Assembly: GCF_009914755.1 (NCBI RefSeq)
Contig: NC_060925.1
Length of the DNA: 64,000 bases
From: the human T2T-CHM13v2.0 reference genome, Homo sapiens
Direction: 5' to 3' (one strand)
The notes under the pieces are model-generated. The model saw only the letters and a list, made by a program, of their open reading frames with translations. It was not told the origin of the DNA and ran no database searches. A program made the translations under genes and the position numbers. Shown here piece by piece: positions 59,568-64,000 of the stretch (positions within the stretch are counted from its first letter, which is position 1; the number at the start of each line of letters is the position of its first letter).

Positions 59568-61655
59568 TTACTGCTGGAGTTTCTTAAACGTCATGTTGGT
59601 GGCTTTGTGTGACTCCATCTTTGGCCTCCACACAGTGCAAGGGATGTAGCCTTGCCTTTGAGGCAGCAGGATGAGACAGTGGGTAGCTGGGTTGGGATTC
59701 CCAAGGCAGAGTAGGTAGTGGCAGCTGCCAAGGAGTGGAGGACAAGGTGCAGGGCCAGGGGCAGAGGCAGGCGGGGCCAGGACCCGAAGCCAGAAGACGC
59801 CAAACCAGAGAGGGCCTGGCTGAATCCCAAGCTCCCAACACCCCCAGCCCTTTGCGGCTGTGGGCTCAGGTCATGCTCCCTCTTTGCACTTGGGGTCAGG
59901 CATGCAAACCACAGTGGGAAGAAATTCCTCCAAGGAATCAAGGCCTTGAAGGACAGGGTCCAAGGTTCTTGTGACTACAGGGCCCTCCTCAGCCAGGCTT
60001 GCCACCCACAGCTGGTTCTGAGGGGAAGCCCCAGCTCGGGCACCCTGTGGGGCACAGGCTCAGCAAAATCAACTGCGAGTCTGGGATCAGGCCCTTACCT
60101 TCTTCTCCTGGGTCCATCAGAGGTTCTGACTGAGGCCCCAAAGAGTACAGGAGAACAGGGACAGCCAAGCATAGAACTGCACGCAGGGCAGCTCCTCTGT
60201 GGTGGGAATTGAAGGAGCCCAGGGGCAGGGGGCAGGCTCAGCTGCCTGGGCAGCAGCTTTTCCTGGTAGGCCAGGACATGCCCCTTAGGTCAGCCTCTGG
60301 GGTCCTCCTCCAGGGTCTCAGGCTGGGGCAGCCTCTGCTCTCCCCAGGCCTGTGAGGGGCAGACCATCTCTGGACTCAGGAACCATGGCCAGGTTGGGGG
60401 TCATGTGAGCTGGGCTTCCCTCCTCTCTGCTTCCTCCAACTCCCCTGCCAGGGCTTGGTCCGCTGACAGTCTTGAGATGTGTTTCCCGCTCCGCTCCTCT
60501 CTGGCGATCTCATCCATTCCTGCTCTCAATGACCCTGGTGCCAAGTGTTCCCAAGCCCGTGTCTGCAGACTAGACTTCTCCCTGTGAACCCAGCAGCCCC
60601 GAGGCATCTCCCCTGGAAATCCTGTATCCAACATTGAATCCCCATTGCCCCAACCTGCTCTTTGTCAATGTACCCAGTAACCAAGCCAGAAGCCAGGGTG
60701 CGTTTTTCTGATACCTACCTACTCCCCATATCCAAAGTCAACAGGTCCTATCAGCTCTTCCTCCCTCTTGTCTCAAAGTCTGTTCCTATGTCACACCTTA
60801 GACAGGTCTTATTACCTTCTCTCGGTGTCTCCCCTCCAATCCATCTCTGCACAGCAGCCAGAATGACTTTTCTATCATGATTATGTCATGCCCTTGCACA
60901 AAAAAAGTCCACAGATGAGCTTCCATTGCTCTCAGGTTGAAGTGTGAGCTTGGCATCCAAGGCCCTAACAGATCCACTCTTGGGCTTCCTCACTGCCATG
61001 GGCACCCCTCAGATACGACACTCAAGTCCTCTTCAATCTCCTGCCTCTTTCCCAAGCACCTCACTACATTTGCCAATGCCTCACTTTCCTTCTGTACCAG
61101 CTCATTCCTCAAAGGCTGACACTGTACTTGGGGAACACATGGGGGTGGCTGCCTGGCTCATGAGAACTGCCCCTTGTCTGAGAATGATCTGGAACAAACA
61201 GATGGGCTCCCCAAACCATGCCCCCCACTCATAGCAGATTGTGCTTTAAGCCTATGTATACTTGACCCAAACTGGGCCAAACTGATTCTCTTGTCTGAGC
61301 ACTTGAAACTTGGAACTGAGAGTTTGGAAGTCCTGGTTATAGAGAGTCCCATCAGTGCCCCTAAACGACAGGATGCTAGGGGTGAAATGCCTGACCTCTG
61401 GCTGCTGGGACCGCCTGCTTCCTGCTGTCCCTTTGATTCTATGCAACAGCCAGGACTCTCCCCCAAACTCCTTTCTATTGCTTGCAATTAAAAACAGCTT
61501 AACTCAAGTCTTTTCCATCTTAAAACTAGCTCCCTTGTGCAAGAATCTGAGGATACACAATAAGACACAATCTGGGGCCTCAGGGAGCTCCCAGTTTAGC
61601 TATGGGGGCAGGCATAGTAAGAGGCAAGTACGAACCGTCATAAAGATTAAAATAA

Positions 61656-62417
<762 letters not shown>

Positions 62418-62488
62418 AATTCCTGTGAAAAACATATTATAACCGGATTACCCACTTTATTTATAGGAAAATATTTCATTAAGAAGCT

Positions 62489-62786
62489 GGCCGGGCATGG
62501 TGGCTCACGCCTGTAATGCCAGCACTTTGGGAGGCCGAGGAAGGCGGACTACCTGAGGTCAAGAGTTCGAGACCATCCTGGCCAATATGGCGAAACCTCG
62601 TCTCTACTAAAAATATAAAAATTAGCTGGGCGTGGTGGCGGATGCCTGTAATCCCAGCTACTCAGGAGGCTGAAGCAGGAGAATCGCTTGAACCCAGGAG
62701 GCGGAGGTTGCAGTGAGCCAAGATGTGCCATTGCACTCCAGCCTGGGCAACAGAGTGAGACTCCGTCTCAGGAAAAAAAAAAAAAA
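62489..62786 (+). mobile_element. AluS element, antisense within the C1orf210 3'UTR
   Basis: Full dimer located between the C1orf210 stop and its poly(A) signals. Confidence 0.92.
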
Positions 62787-63291
62787 GGAAGCTTGGCACT
62801 GGTTTTCACCTGCACAAATGTTACCATCTGGGCATATTTGAAATGCTGGCAGGTAGGCAGGCCATCACAGTCATAGAGGATTTAGGAGAAGAGTAGCGTA
62901 GGCAGGGGGACCAATGTGAGCAAAGGTGCCTGGGGAAACTGCATGGGAAGTGGTGGGAGGGAGAATAGCATTGATTTCGACAGTAAAGTAGGGGAAGGCA
63001 AGAAAAGAAACCAAGAGGCCGAGAGGCATGATCACAGAGGGCCTTATGTCCACACTCAAGCCTTTGTTTGGCTTTATCCTGAGAACAGCAGGGAACAGTT
63101 GAGAGTTATTGAGCAAGAGAGGGTCATTGTCACTTTGCTGGCTAGTGTCAGGGAAGTGGGGTTTACTCCATCCCTGGCCAACCTTTAAGCCCCAGCCACC
63201 TCTGTCCCTGAGGTTCAAGGCCCCCATGTCATAACCACTGTCCTTAAGCTGTCAGGCATGGAGGGAGTGGGGAGGGTCTAAAGATGGGAGC

Positions 63292-63750
<459 letters not shown>

Positions 63751-63758
63751 TCACTCAC

Positions 63759-63777
63759 TTTTGTTTGTCTCATTCAT
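63759..63777 (-). CDS. C1orf210: C1orf210 first coding segment (MNETNK), within exon 63759-63875
   Basis: Minus strand reads tccATG AAT GAG ACA AAC AAA A|GTGAGT; acceptor ttattttctag before 63875. Confidence 0.9.
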
Positions 63778-64000
63778 GGAGGGGCCTGATGACACCAGTG
63801 AGTCTCAGCCTCAACCAGAAAGAGCCCTGGCTCTGAGGAGGCCCCCAGATGCCAGGCAGCCCCAGGGCACAAGTCCTAGAAAATAACATAGGTATGGGTG
63901 TCAGGGATGGTCACAGGGTGCACTTTCCAGGTCACACTCACAGCCATGGTAGCCCTGCACAAACTCTGGGGACTGGACAACTGACCACACCAGCTCTCCA

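Overview
Primate, almost certainly human, genomic DNA. I recognise it from the encoded proteins and gene order as the CFAP57-TMEM125-C1orf210 region (1p34.2). The + strand carries the last 11 coding exons of CFAP57/WDR65 (about 518 aa of coiled-coil C-terminus, stop at 34689, AATAAA at 34837), rebuilt by hand with consistent GT-AG phases. It also carries the single-exon CDS of TMEM125 (53230-53889) with probable non-coding upstream exons. The - strand carries the complete two-exon CDS of C1orf210/TEMP (113 aa). The rest is mostly transposon-derived: about 35 Alus, L1/L2/MIR relics, MaLR and ERVL LTRs, hAT MITEs, a solo LTR12, and two same-orientation copies of an old ERV1 (MER65/MER4-group-like) provirus flanking the CFAP57 last exon. 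I see no new protein-coding system, and most ORFs in the six-frame track are repeat or shadow ORFs. The best leads are structural or regulatory: the duplicated provirus with Alus at the same homologous site, an Sp/NF-Y/YY1 motif cluster overlapping the TMEM125 poly(A) signal, an E-box/UPRE-rich and possibly bidirectional TMEM125 promoter, and stacked uORFs in its leader. Repeat family names are from memory of consensus sequences and need RepeatMasker/Dfam confirmation.
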